Shown one piece after another: positions 27,151 through 39,905 of a stretch of DNA of 64,000 nucleotides. The stretch lies in NCBI RefSeq assembly GCF_963921235.1, contig NC_086108.1:16430001-16494000 (forward strand), written 5' to 3'. The translations under genes and the position numbers were made by a program. Within the stretch, counting starts at the first letter, position 1. Each line of letters opens with the position of its first letter. This DNA comes from Mobula hypostoma. Taxonomy: Eukaryota. A model generated the notes under the pieces. The model was given only the letters and a program-made list of their open reading frames with translations. It was not told where the DNA came from and searched no databases.

Positions 27151-27226
27151 CTCTCCTTGCATCTCGGGTCTGCATTCCTTCTTGGTGTAGTGGAGATGCC
27201 TCATTAGATTTGGTGCTCCACATCAT
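27151..27226 (-). CDS. CEP350: CEP350 first coding exon (whole exon 27151-27236, including 10 nt of 5' UTR)
   Basis: Acceptor ttttgttttAG, then ATG ATG; translates MMWSTKSNEASPLHQEGMQTRDARR + G; donor GAG|gtatag. The 76 coding nt (phase 1) join in frame to the next exon. Resembles the vertebrate CEP350 N-terminus as recalled. Confidence 0.85.
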
Positions 27227-27959
27227 ATTAGCTCACCTAAAACAAAAAAAAGTGATATTGATTCAGTTATTCTGTTATGAATTTTGGTCAAAATTTTAAA
27301 AATGTAAGAAGTTGAAATCTAGTCAGCCCACCAGAGGGGTCAATATTCAGCAGATTGACTCTGCCCTCCACTAATGTAATTCATCACTCAAACCAAACAC
27401 TGCTAGAGAGGTGCATTGACTAAGCTGATGCACATCATGTAACAGCGGCCACATACAGCAATCATTAATCAAAGAACATCCCAAGAATAGCTGTCAACAA
27501 TTTTTTTATATTCAAATCTCAATTTTCCTCCAATAAAGCTGCAATATCAAAGCCAGCCCTTTCCAAATCTTCAAGCACTGTCAAGAAACTAAGTAATACA
27601 AGAGCTTATCTTCTGAGGGCAAATTGACAGGTCTTAGGAAATTATTGTTTTTCAGGGCCGCAGTTTGACTATTTTCTTGAACTTGGACTCAAGTTCATTT
27701 GATGACAATATTTTGTTTTCTGGTTGCAACAATCAACATCCTCAGGCTTCACATTATAAATTGTAGCAGACTCAATGGGCCATATGGACCATATGTCTTG
27801 GTCTCCAAATTTTTTTTAAATCTGTAATGTGGTGCTTGAGATGAGGGGTACTTCACCAGAGCAGAGTGGGGAAAAAGATGTTTTGCTCTGTGTACAACTC
27901 ACACAGTGCACCTGCATTAGCAAAACAACTTGGGAGTGACTTCTTTAACTTACAACCAG

Positions 27960-29962
27960 ACAAAAGATCTGTTGAAGACAACTGGATGTGGCTGAGACTC
28001 ACTAAATGATATTGTTACGAATCATGTTCCTCATACATTTATTAAGGGCCGTATGCGTTCCCCTTGGTTTTCAGCGAAATTAAAACATCTCTGTAGTAAG
28101 AAATAGAAGTCTTACATCCGTGCCAAAAAAAGTGGTACAAGACAGGATTGGGACAAATTCACCAGAGTGCGAAAGCAAGTCGACTGTACCATTAAGAGTG
28201 CTCATAAACATGTTTCTTCAATTCTTGAGGGACAGCATCTTAAGGATTTTTGGAGATATGTGAACTCCAGACCAACAGACAACACTGGGGTCCAGATGCT
28301 AAAGGTGAACAACTGTCTGATCACTGAGGACCAGGAGAAAGCAGAAGCTCTTGCAAACCAATTTCAAAATGTTTTTACCCGGGAAGCTACGGAACCTTCA
28401 TCTTTTCCTGATCTACCGCCCAGCCCGTATACTGATATGCCTCCTATCGAAATTGAGGTTGAAGGTGTCAAATAGTTACTGCTCAACATCAATACGACAA
28501 AAGCTATTGGGCCAGACCAGATTCAGAGTCAAGCCCTTAAGATCGCAGCTGCAGAACTAGCTCCTATTCTGCATTTTATCTTCCAGCAGTCGCTCGACTC
28601 AGGTGATCTTCCCCGGATTAGAAAAAGGCAAACATCACTCCTCTCTTTAAGGAGGGTAAAACCACCAACCCAGCAAATTATCGTCCTATTTCTTTAACAA
28701 GCACTTTCTGTAAACTCTTGGAGCATATAATTGACATCAATCTGATGAGGTACCTTAGCAGACACAATATTTTTGCTGACAACTAGCATGCCTTTAAGAA
28801 GCATAGGTCATGCAAGTCTGAGCTTATCCTGACAATAAATGACCTGGCCAAGAATTTTGATAACAATGTCACTACAATGATTTAGTAGTGCTCGACTTCT
28901 CCAGTGTTCGCTCCAATACTAAAAGATGGATATCCAGTTTCTTGACAAAACATCTTCAACATGTGTGCGTGAATGGAAAAAGTTCTAAATGGCGTCCAGT
29001 GTTAAGTGGTACACCCCAGGGTACAGTGCCGGGCCACATTTGTTTTTACTTTACATTAATGACATCCACAAAGTCATAAGCACAACCAGACTTTTTGCTG
29101 ATGATTGTTTGATATACCAGCCAATTAAGTCAACTGATGATGACGATGCTCTCCAAAAAGATCTTGATAGTATGGTTGAGTGGTCTCAACAATGGGGTAT
29201 GCAATTCAATCATTCCAAATGTGAAACCATGCGTGTCACCAGGAAGAGAAAACCAGGTAAAACATCATATAAAATCCTAGGTGTCACCAAACATATCAAG
29301 TATCTTGGTATCAAAATCCATAATGATCTACGCTGGAATAGTCAGATGCATCATGCAACAGTGAATGCAACAGGAGTCCTAAATATTTTGAGATGCAATT
29401 TTCATCATTGTTCAGCTTCAGTTAAGGAGAAGTTCTACCTCACCATTGTTAGGCCACATTTGGAATATGCAGTTGCCGCATGGGACCCATACACAAACAA
29501 AAACCACTACTTCCATCGAGCGAGTCCAAAGACAGGCAGCCCGATTTGTCACAAATACCTATGAGAGAGAAGCGAGTGTCACTCAACTTTTAAATTCATT
29601 AAAGTGGAAGTCTCTCCAAGATAGACGTGAAGCACACCGCCTGACCTGTTTTTACAAAATGTTAACTGGTCAACTCAACATAGACTACCAATCCCACATC
29701 AAACCCAAACCTATTAGCAGACGAGGGCACTCAACTCAATTTGAAATACTAACTACCAAGTCAGATGTGTACAGCAATTCATTTTTCCCCCGCACAATTA
29801 AAGCATGGAATAATCTTAGTCCTAACACAGTCACACAACCAAACCCAATTAAATTTAAGGCAGCTTTTCTTCTTCAAAAAATCTCCTTCTTAAGCCCACC
29901 CTCCGCCACCTCCAGTTTAAATTTCATGCAGACTATTTTGGAGGATCAAGAACCAAGAACCA
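27960..29962 (+). mobile_element. Decayed CR1-group LINE of a distinct family
   Basis: KAEALANQFQNVFT, KAIGPD, NYRPISLTS, GTPQG, RLFADDCLIY, RPHLEYA, SFFPRTIKAWNNL; tail (CCAAGAA)n. Confidence 0.85.
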
Positions 29963-30479
29963 AAGCAGGTTGTTAAGAGCAGCAGCATCAACATCACTGC
30001 GAATAGCTCAGGATTTCAAAAGATGCCCAGAGTACATACGTATCGTAGGGGCATTAATAAGCAATTCATGGATCTTCAGTACATAACCATGAAAAGTGGC
30101 CACACATTGACCAATATCTGGTAGCTGAAGCAAGCATGTTTATTTTTAATGTCTTTGGATGGAACTGACAATATACATTACTTCTAACATTTTTTAAAAT
30201 TCTATTATACTTCTCTTCCCCCCTACAGAATATGTGTGGACAAAAGTAGTAATACAGGTATAAATGAGTGCTCAACCACCTCCTGGGAAGTTCTGATTAC
30301 ATATTCTCCTCTCAATTTCAAAACAAATCCTATATAAAATATTCTTTTACAAAGCTGTCAATGCAATGCTTAAGTATTGTCCAATTTATCCCACTCATAA
30401 TTCTATATTTCATTATGTTCCAGAGGTAATCCCATGGCCTCGTTTTTCTTTATTTCCTCATCAAGTCCTAAGAACTTTC

Positions 30480-30952
30480 TACAACTGAGAGCATCCTGAC
30501 TGGCTGCATCACTGTCTGGTATGGGAACCGTACCTCCCTTAATCACAGGACTCTGCAGAGAGTGGTGTGGACAGCCCAGCGCATCTGTACTTGTGAACTT
30601 CCCATGATTCGGGACATTTATAAGGACAGATGTGTAAAAAGGGCACGTAGGATCATTGGGGACCCAAGCCATCTCAACCACAATCTATTCCAGCTGCTAC
30701 TATCCGGGACGCAGTACCGCAGCATAAAAGCCAGGAACAACAGGATCCGGGACAGCTTCCTCCACCAGGCCATCAGACTGATGAACTCGTGCTGACTTGT
30801 GTGTACTCTACATTACATTGACTGTTCTATTTAATATAATTATAAATTACTATGATTGCACATTGCACATTTAGATGGAGACATAACATAAAGATTTTTA
30901 CTCATGTATGTGAAGGATGTAAGAAATAAAATTCAATTCAGATTCAATTCAA
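30480..30952 (+). mobile_element. Rex1/Babar-type LINE 3' fragment
   Basis: ESILTGCITVWYG; IGDPSHLNHNLFQLLLSG; (AATTC)n tail. Confidence 0.8.
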
Positions 30953-31167
30953 ACTTTTACCTGTGTAGTAATACATACTCTACAAGACAATTCTTCACAC
31001 ATTGTACATTAGTGATATACTCTAAATAAATTCTCAACTTACGCTAATGTCCAAATGACTTGATGCAAAGCTGTGTGACATCACAATGATACAATGATAT
31101 ACATCAAGCTATGATTAAGATCAAAACAAAACATTAACTGTGTCACCATAGATACTCACACAATCGG

Positions 31168-32170
31168 AAACACAAAATAATCTGCAGATGCTGTAAAAGA
31201 TCAAAGCAACACTTTCAGTACGCTGGATGAACTCAGCAGGTTGGGCAGCATCAGTCAGAAACGATGAGTCGACGTTCCATGCCGGAACCCTTCGTCAGGA
31301 CTGAAGAATGAAAGATGGGGAAGGATTTGAAGAATGCTTGTAGCGTCTGTTGATAGACCAGTAACTTGAAAGACAAAGGGGTGGGGGAGGGGCCATAGCC
31401 CTGAAAATAATGGGTGGTAGAAGAAGGAGGCGGAACCATGGAGCTGGGGGAGGGGGTAGAGTGAAATAGGGATAGAGGAAGGGAGGGGAGGGAATTACCG
31501 GAAGTTATGGAATTCTATGTTCATACCAAGGGGCTGGAGACTACCTAGACAGTATATGAGGTGTTGCTCCTCCAACCTGAGTTTAGCCTCATCATGGCAG
31601 TAGAGGAGGCCACGTAAGGACATATCTGAATGGGAATGGGAAGCAGAGTTGAAGTGGGTGGCTACAGGGAGATCCTGTCTGTTGTGGCAGACAGAGTGGA
31701 GGTGCTTGACGAAGCGGTCCTCCAATCTGCATCGGGTTTCACCGATGTAGAGGAGGCCGCACCGGGAGCGCCGGATGCAATAGATGACCCCAACAGACTC
31801 ACAAGTGAAGTGTTGTCTCACCTGGAAGGACTGTTTGGGGCCCTGAATGGTTGCAAGAGATGAGGTCTAGGGACAGGTGTAGCACTTATGCTTACAGGGA
31901 TAAGTGCTGGGTGGGAGATCAGTGGGGATGGACGTGTGGATAAGGGAGTCGCGGAGGGACCGATCCCTGCAGAAAGCGGAGAGGGAAAAATGTGCTTAGT
32001 GGTGGGGTCCTGTTGAAGGTGGCGGAAGTTGCGGAGGATAATGTGCTGGATCTGGAGACTGGTGGGGTGGTAGGTAAGGACAAGGGGAACTCTGTCCCTG
32101 TTGTGGTTGCGGGAGGATGGGGTGAGGGCCGAAGTGCGGGAAATGGGTGAGGGCATCATTGATGACGGTA
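31168..32170 (-). mobile_element. 5'-truncated Penelope-like retroelement with GIY-YIG endonuclease
   Basis: ORF 31495-31821 FTCESVGVIYCIRRSRCGLLYIGETRCRLEDRFVKH...VATHFNS (GIY-YIG); upstream DRVPLVLTYHP linker; terminal repeat with a hammerhead variant at 31266-31303. Confidence 0.9.
31266..31303 (-). ncRNA. Hammerhead ribozyme variant (GAAA box mutated)
   Basis: CAGTC-CTGACGA-AGGGTTCCGGCAT-GGAA-CG-TC-GACTC; the GAAA to GGAA change suggests it is inactive. Confidence 0.55.
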
Positions 32171-33015
32171 GGCTTCAGGAGAGGAAAACCAGAGGTCTAT
32201 GAGCTAGTAATCAACAGATCAGAGGTGGAGAGGGTCAGTAACTTTAAATTCCTGGGTGTCACTATCTCAGAGGGGCTGTCCTGGACCCATCATAAAAATA
32301 TAATTGCGAAGAAAGAATGAGCTACTTCCTCAGGAGTCTGCAGAAATTCAGCATGTCATCAAAAACCTTGACAAACTTATCTCGATGTGTGGTTGAAAGT
32401 GTGCTGACTGGCTGCATTACAGCCTGGTATGGGAACACCAATGTCTTTGAGTGGAATATCCCAAAGAAAACAGTGGATTTGGCCCAGTACTTCATGGGTA
32501 AAACCCTTCCAACCATTCAGCACATCTGCATGAATTGTGTTGTAGAAAAGGGCACCATCAAAAATCCTCACCAGCCAGCCCATGCTCTTTTCTCATTGCT
32601 GCCATCAGGTAGAAGGTAAAGATATCTCAGCACTCACCACCAGGTTCAAGAAGAGTTATTACCCATAAGACCATAGGAGCAGAATTAGGCCATCTGGCCC
32701 ATCCAGTCTGCTCTGCCATTCAATCACGGCTGATCCTTTTTTTCTATCTCCTCCTCAACCCATGTTCCCGGCCTTCTCCCCGTACCCCTTCACCATCAGG
32801 CTTTTGTACACTCATTTAGGGACTCTTAGCTTGTTATTTTGTGCTTGTTATTTATTGCTATTTATTTCTGTTTGCATTTGCATCATTTGTTGTCCATTGA
32901 TCCTGTTTACAGTTACTGTTCTATAGATTTGCTAAGTGTGTCCACAGAAAACATCTCAGGGTTGTACGTGGTGGCATGCATGTATTCTGACAATAAATTT
33001 TACTTTGAACTTTAA
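32171..33015 (+). mobile_element. Rex1/Babar-type LINE 3' part, with a short minus-strand CR1 tail inserted at ~32665-32782
   Basis: FKFLGV, VESVLTGCITAWYG, HALFSLLPSGRR; tail TTTACTTTGAACTTT. Confidence 0.8.
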
Positions 33016-33324
33016 AACTCAAGTAATCACACAGACTCTGCAAGGAAAGTAATGAACAATTCAAGGCAACATTGCAAATAAACAAACTTTTGAGAGAGAA
33101 AAGGAGAAAGAAAAACCAAAGGAATATTCTGTGATAGGGTGCAAAACAAGGAGAAATTAAAGAATTAACACATAAAAACATTGTGAAAGGAACAATCTGG
33201 ATGAGATGCAAATATGGAATAAGTACCCAAAATTACAACACAAGTGAAAGCAGAAATCTGAAGACAGTCAAACATCTGCTCCAGTAGCAGCTATCTAATT
33301 AGCAGGTTCTAGTCCTATTGCAGG

Positions 33325-34050
33325 GACTTCAAAGTGCAAATAAATGTATTATCAAAGTACAAATGTGTCACCATATACAACCCTGAGATTTGTTTTCTTG
33401 CAGGCATACATAGTAAACCAAAGAAACATAATAGAATCAATGAAATAACACATGCAACAGGACAAATAAGCAATGTACAAAAAAAAACAAACTGCAAATA
33501 CAAAAAGAAAAAATAATAAGCAATAAATATCAAGAACATGAGATGAAGAGTCATTGAAAGTAAGTCTGTCGGTTGTGGGAACACTTCAGTGATAAGGTGA
33601 GTGAAGGTGAGCGAGGTTATCCCCTCTGGTTCAAAAGTCTGATGGTTGAGTGGCAATAACTGTTCCTGAACCTGGTGGTGCAAGTCCTGAGGCCCTACTA
33701 TCTTCTTCCTGATGCAGCAGCGAGAAGAGTGCATGGCCTGGGTGATGGGGTTCCATGATGATGGATGCTGCCTTCCTGTAACAGTGCTCCATGTAGATGT
33801 GCTCAGTGGTAGGGAGTGCTTCACCCATGATGGGTTGGGCAGTATCCATCATATCTACTACTTTTTGTAGGCTTTTCCCATTCAAAAGGCATTGGTGTCT
33901 CCATACCAGGAGGTCATACCAGTCAATATACTGTCCACCATACATTTAGAGAAGTTTGTCAAAGTTTTAGATGTCATGCCAAATCTTCACAAACTTCTAA
34001 GGAATTAAAAGGTACTGCTGTGCTTTCTTCGTAATTGCATTTATATGCTG
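33325..34050 (-). mobile_element. Rex1/Babar-type LINE 3' part
   Basis: LQKVVD..AQPIMG..LPT.EHIY..HPGHALFSLL; same tail type as 32900-33015, in inverted orientation. Confidence 0.8.
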
Positions 34051-34311
34051 GACGAATGCAGAATTTGCAAACAATTGTAAAGGTGAAAATGGTTACAGAA
34101 ATGAGGAGGCTATCCAGCATGGGTACTTTAAGAGAAATTTGCCTATAAGTGAAAGAACCCACAAATCGAAGCGCTGCTGAGCAATGATCAGTCCACATGG
34201 GTTGCAAGGTGAAAAGATACTTGAGAATATTCTGCCAGTCAATGCTGGTGGAAAATGGCCAGTCAAGAGGGCATTAGCATAGCTGAATCAGATGGCAGTC
34301 AACATTTGACC

Positions 34312-34730
34312 ACAAGACCATATGATCTTAAGACACAGAAGCAGATTTAGGCCTTTCAGCCCATCAAGTCTGCTCTGCCATCCCATCATGGCTGATCCCA
34401 GATCCCACTCAACCCCACACACCTGCCTTCTTGCCATATCCTTTGATGCCCTAACTGATCAGGAAACTATCAACTTCCGCCGAAAACATACCCACAGACT
34501 TGGCCTCCGTCGCAGTCTGTGGCAGAGCATTCCACAGACTCACTACTCTCTGGGTAAAAAAATTCCTCCTCATCTCCATTCTAAAGGTTTGCCCCTCAAT
34601 TTTGGGGCTGTGCCCCTAGTTCTGGATACCCCCACCATAGGAAACATCCTCTCCACATCCACTCTATCTAGTCCTTTCAACATTCGGTAGGTTACAGGCC
34701 CAAAGCTGCCAAACGCTCCTCATATGGAGA
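34312..34730 (-). mobile_element. CR1 3' fragment
   Basis: Reverse-complement match to the 3' ends at 54400-54783 and 55711-56150. Confidence 0.8.
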
Positions 34731-37700
34731 AAGCTCTGAGTAGCCGATGTGCAACATTATAAAGATAAATCAGATATCCCCCATGACAGCAAAAGCCTGA
34801 AACAAGCAATATACCTGGATACATTAAGTTAGCATAAAAATGGACAGTTAAGAAAAAAGACAAAATACATAGGAAAATTTTGCTTATTTAGCAAAATAAC
34901 CAGCTCAGCATTTCATTTCATTTTTTCCTGTACTGTACTATTCTCTGGTTTAATGAAAGGTAGCTTTTGAAGCGAATTTTAGTACCATTGTGCCAATACA
35001 ACAACTGACCAAATAATTAATAAAATCCATCTCAACAGGAAACCCAAATGCTTTGGCTAGGTAGGAAAGTAACACTCAAGTGGTGAGGTGCGTGGTTTCA
35101 TAACTGACCTATCTTTTTGGTACTATGAAATACAACACAAATTTAGCTACAAGGTATTTAGATGGTTTAGTTGCAACTTTCCTAAGCATTATTACAAAGC
35201 ACTTCTCACTTCATAAAAAAAGTATGCAGAAAAAGGCAAATTCACTCTGCTTGGATTGGATACAACAGAACTATCAAGGATTTGCAGAGATTCTTCATCA
35301 CCCTGGGCTTCTTCAAATCTATTGGGAATCAATACAAATGTTTATCATGACTTTGCAAGTAATTTTTTAGGACAGCGCAAGCTGAGCTCTCTCTGTGAAG
35401 GAGACATAATTTGCTAACAATCTTAGTGCCTTTCACGGCTGGAATGGGTTTACAAGGAATTGGTGGAATGTAGTCACTCAAATTCTGCAAATACTTGTCT
35501 CAACAGCTGCAAAATAAATGTATCAACAAGCACTGCAGCAGAGGTCAATTTTAGGAACAGACAGGTTTCGCCAACTGCAACATTTGTCCTTGCTCTGCTC
35601 TTTGGTATTTTTCATGGTCACATATACACCAGCTAGAGACTGGAGCAAGGAACTGCAAAACAATTTCTTAAATTTAGTTCCACACTACATCAATATCTTT
35701 TTTAACATTTTAGCTCTATCAGCTTTGAGTTACTACATTCACTACCCATTTCTCCCACATCTACTCTAGAACATGCCACCAGAGAAATCATTTAATAATT
35801 TGCACAAATATTCCTCTGCATACCAGCTTTCCAAATTGGTAGCAACCTAGCCAAGTTCAAACCCTATTTCAAAGATGAGACACATCATCCAGGCAAGACT
35901 TCACTGATGAATGTTGAGCTAATACTGTTAAATCGAGGTTCAATCTACTTTTCGTAATGGGTGCAGTCAAATGTTGAAGATCATCTATGATGATTTGAAC
36001 ATTAGGGTGTTCCTTCTGTGTTCTGGCTGACACTTCTACTTGAACCTACTACATAATCAAACTGTAGATCCCATTATAGAGGTGAGATTTTCCAAGGCTG
36101 CTCATTGCATTTAAAAAGCGATATTTATGAAAGAGAGAGCGAGAGGTAAAGCATTTCAAAATCCATACATCTTGTGTGTTAACTCAACTAGCTAAGATTA
36201 GCAAAACAATTACTTCAACTGATCATTCTGTAGTATGGCTTGAATAGCTATGCATCCCAAAGCAAAGCTAAAATGTGTTCTATCCTTTCCCACTTATCAT
36301 ATCTGATACATTCTACAGCCTGATTCTTCTCCTAAATTAATTGCACAAACTTCATCTTCAACTCAAGTAACCCATCATTTGTAACATGACTGCTGATAAC
36401 ATGACAATGGTTTGCTGCTTTTATGATCTCTTTAGATCTTTAAAATATCTCTAATCTTGGAAATAAAATTCAAATTCTCCAAAATAACAACTTCCAAATT
36501 TGAAAGCTCTACTGTGTAATTTCAAGTTTGGACTTTGCCTTGCATTCCACTTCTGTACAGCACTGTCATCTCATTTTTCATAGTCCAGGTAATCAAGATT
36601 CAGCAGTAAGGCCACAATTAACAAATCATGGTGTCAAATAATCAGCAGAGAGTAAAAACGCTTATATAGATGAAGTGTGATCTTTGTAATTTTAACAATT
36701 TTGCGCAACTTAATGACAGTTGTATGAACTATTGGAGCAACAAATACGATCAAATGATCATTGATACAACTAAGAGTGTGACTTGAGAACAATTTCTAAA
36801 AATATCAAGCTATTCTCAGTTATATGCTTAACTTCCCTGCTGAGTTTTCAGATCTAATTGATCTGAGCAAGACATTGGACAGTTTTCTCTCATAAGTCCA
36901 CTATTTCTTAGGGAGTAAACACTTTTAAAATAACCCCATTCAATTATTTAGCAGTAGTGCTACTAATAATCAATTTTTGGGTCTAATCTAAGAAAACTTC
37001 TCCCATTTTTAAAAGTGTATGCACACTACCCTGAGTCAGTGAGAAAAAGAATGTGCAATCTTTTCATATCTTAAAAGGTGCCAGTTGATCTGTTGAGTAC
37101 TTCCACTTCTTTTTGCTCTAATAATACAAGACAGCTGTCTTAAGTGAACAGAGCAGATATTTTTCACATTCTAGCTTGTTCAGATTTACTACACTTTCAA
37201 AAGGTTTGTAAATCCATAGTTATTAAAAGAAAAAGGTAAATTTATTTTGATATTATTTTGAATTTGTAAATGTATATTGTATATATTTCTCTGACATTAA
37301 ATGTACTTATTGACCATTTGAATAAAATATTGCCAAATCATTACTGGAAAAATGATAAACAAACACTGAAAACTGAAGTAGGTATATCCCTTCTTCAATT
37401 TGCCCTAAATTAGTTTACCAGGTTCATCATATAAGCAGTGTTATGAACTATCTGAGTATTAATTTAGTTCCATTTTGTACTATCCTGTCTGAAGATGAAA
37501 GTGTGATTACGTTGAATGTAGAGAAGGTGAAACAAATCTATCAGGATTCAAATTAGGTAGTCTACTGGCCATTTTAAATGCTTTTGCTTTTAAAATAGGA
37601 ACGTTTAAGGCATTTCTGCAAACACATTCAAAACTTTATACTTGAGAATAGCTGAACATTTCTCAAAAGTTTAATGTATTCATCTCAAAAAATTTCTTAA

Positions 37701-37839
37701 TAGTTCAGTATACTCAAAGTTGAAATGTCAAAGGTTCGCAAAATGTAGGTGCCACAGGAATGGCAATGATCTTATAGGTCAGATCAAACTCAAGAGGCAA
37801 GATGCTACCCCTACTTGTGATATTCTTGCATTCACTGTT

Positions 37840-38776
37840 CTGGGACTCCTGATTTGTATATGATTTGTATAAATGACCTGGATGAGGAAGTGGAAGCATA
37901 GGTAAATTTGCAGACAACATAAAAGTCAGCGCTGTGAATAGTATAGAGGATTGTTGTAGTGGCAGCGCGACATTAACTGGACGTAGAGCTGTGCTGAGAA
38001 GTGGCAGATGGAGTTCAACCCAGAAGAGTGTGAAGTGAATCACCTTGAAAGGAAAAATTTGAAGGCAGAATACAGGGTTAGTGGCTGCGTGGAGAAACAA
38101 AGAGACCTTGGAGCCCACATCCATAGACCCCTTAAAGTTGCTGCACATGTTGATAGGGTGGTTAAGGTGTGGTGGCTTTCATTAGTTAGGGGATTGAATT
38201 CCAGGGCTTGTTGCAGCCTTATAAAACCGTGGTTAGACCACACTTGGAATATTGTGTTCAGTTCTGGTTTACTGATCATAGGAATGATGTGGAAGTTTTA
38301 GAGAGGCTGCAGAGGGAGAGTTACCAGGATGCTGCCTGGACTAAAGGCATGTCTTATGAAGACAGGTTCAATAAGCTAGGGCTTTTCTCTTAGTAGTGGA
38401 GGAGGATAAGAGAAGACTTGTACATAATAAGAGGCATAGCCAAGGAAGATGTTTTTTTTTCCCCCTCACACAGGGTAGAAATGGCTAATACAAGGGGATG
38501 CAATTTTAAGGTGATTGGAGGAAAGTACAAGGGTGATATCAGAGGCAAGTTCTTCACTTAAGAGAGTGATAGGTGCATGAAGCACCCTGCCAGGGGTGAT
38601 AATAGAGGCAGATACATTAGGGACATTTAAGAAACTCTTAGATAGACACATGGATAGGCTAAATGGAGGGCTATGTACGCAGGAAGGGTTGGATTAACTT
38701 TAGAGGAGGTTAGAAGGTCAGCACAACATCATAGCCAAAGGGCCTGGACTGAGCTGTTACGTTCCATGTTCTATAT
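37840..38776 (+). mobile_element. Decayed CR1 3' part
   Basis: MEFNPEECEV, RPHLEYCVQFW; TTCCATGTTCTAT tail. Confidence 0.85.
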
Positions 38777-38888
38777 ATTCCATTTTTGAAAAGTGGCCTT
38801 TGGAGTTAGATGTATCACTGGAAGTGTCAGCATTTACTGTAGGTCCTCAGGTGATTTAGTATTACAGTACACCTTGAATGTGCTAATA

Positions 38889-39454
38889 CAGGTTGAGTAC
38901 CCCTTACCTGAAATTCAAAAATTGGGCAACTTCCTAAATATGACAATTTTTTTAACACTGACATGACTTCACAAATGGAAAATTCCACAAGGCGCTGGGA
39001 AGGTTTCCAGGCGATGTATAGGTCTCTATGCATCAGACAGTTCTGAGAAGTGACCTCACATATGCAATCAACAGAAGTTAATGAAGAATAGAAAAACACA
39101 GCATAAAGTGAAAACTGAAGATCTCAATTGTGCATTTGAAGAGGGGATTCATCAGCAGAGTGAACATATGCCATTTAACGTTATGCTGATCGTGAAATAA
39201 GCGAAGTATTTTGCCGATGCTGCTGTGCTGCTTTTGCCCACATTATATTTACATTATATTAATGGTATGTAATAACTTATACTGTTAAGTACATATGTAT
39301 GACAAACAAGTGTAAGCCAAAGACAGCTTACTGGCAGCACATAAATTCAGAGCAATCCCAAGCTACCTCATTATATATTCCAAAATCCAAAAAAAAACCT
39401 GAAATCCAAAACACTTCCAGCCCCAAGCATTTCGAATAAGGGGTACTCAACCTG
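38889..39454. mobile_element. Tigger-like (Tigger4/JRK-type) non-autonomous element
   Basis: TA-flanked perfect 18-bp TIRs CAGGTTGAGTACCCCTTA; internal remnant RKTQHKVKTEDL...SEHMPFNVMLI resembling CENP-B/JRK-type transposase. Confidence 0.85.
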
Positions 39455-39679
39455 TACTTACAGGAAGCTCCAAGACTGTGAGCATATTTACTGGATGTGA
39501 CCCATGGATGTTATCATAATTCTATTTTAGTTTGACCAGCTGTAGGCTGGTTTAATAGCTCTCTTTCTCACATAACCTGCTCAACTAAACCAGAGTACTA
39601 TCCAATCCTACTCATTATTTCATTTGTCCATGCACCAAAACCTTGCTGGCATCTCTAACACCCCAAAGTAGCAAAAAAG

Positions 39680-39905
39680 TAGCACCCCCCCCCCCCGTCT
39701 TTCTCCCTAGGCCTCCTGTCCCATGATCCTCTCGTATCCCCTTTTGCCTATCACCTGTCCAGCTCTCGGCTCTATCCCTCCCCCTCCTGTCTTCTCCTAT
39801 CATTTTGCATCTCCCCCTCCCCCTCCAGCTTTCAAATCCCTTACTCACTCTTCCTTCAGTTAGTCCTGACGAAGGGTCTCGGCCTGAAACGTCGACTGCG
39901 CCTCT
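39680..39905 (+). mobile_element. Penelope-like element 3' terminal fragment
   Basis: Pyrimidine-rich tail ending in the ribozyme motif; same architecture as the tail of the GIY-YIG element at 31168-32170. Confidence 0.7.
39861..39898 (+). ncRNA. Minimal type I hammerhead ribozyme (Penelope-like element derived)
   Basis: TAGTC-CTGACGA-AGGGTCTCGGCCT-GAAA-CG-TC-GACTG: stem I, CUGANGA box, stem II, GAAA box, minimal palindromic stem III (ACGU), GUC cleavage triplet. Confidence 0.75.

Noticed and set aside
27327..27342. CCACCAGAGGGGTC, CTCF-like motif
   Set aside because: It mismatches the 3' GGC core; a single motif is not enough evidence.
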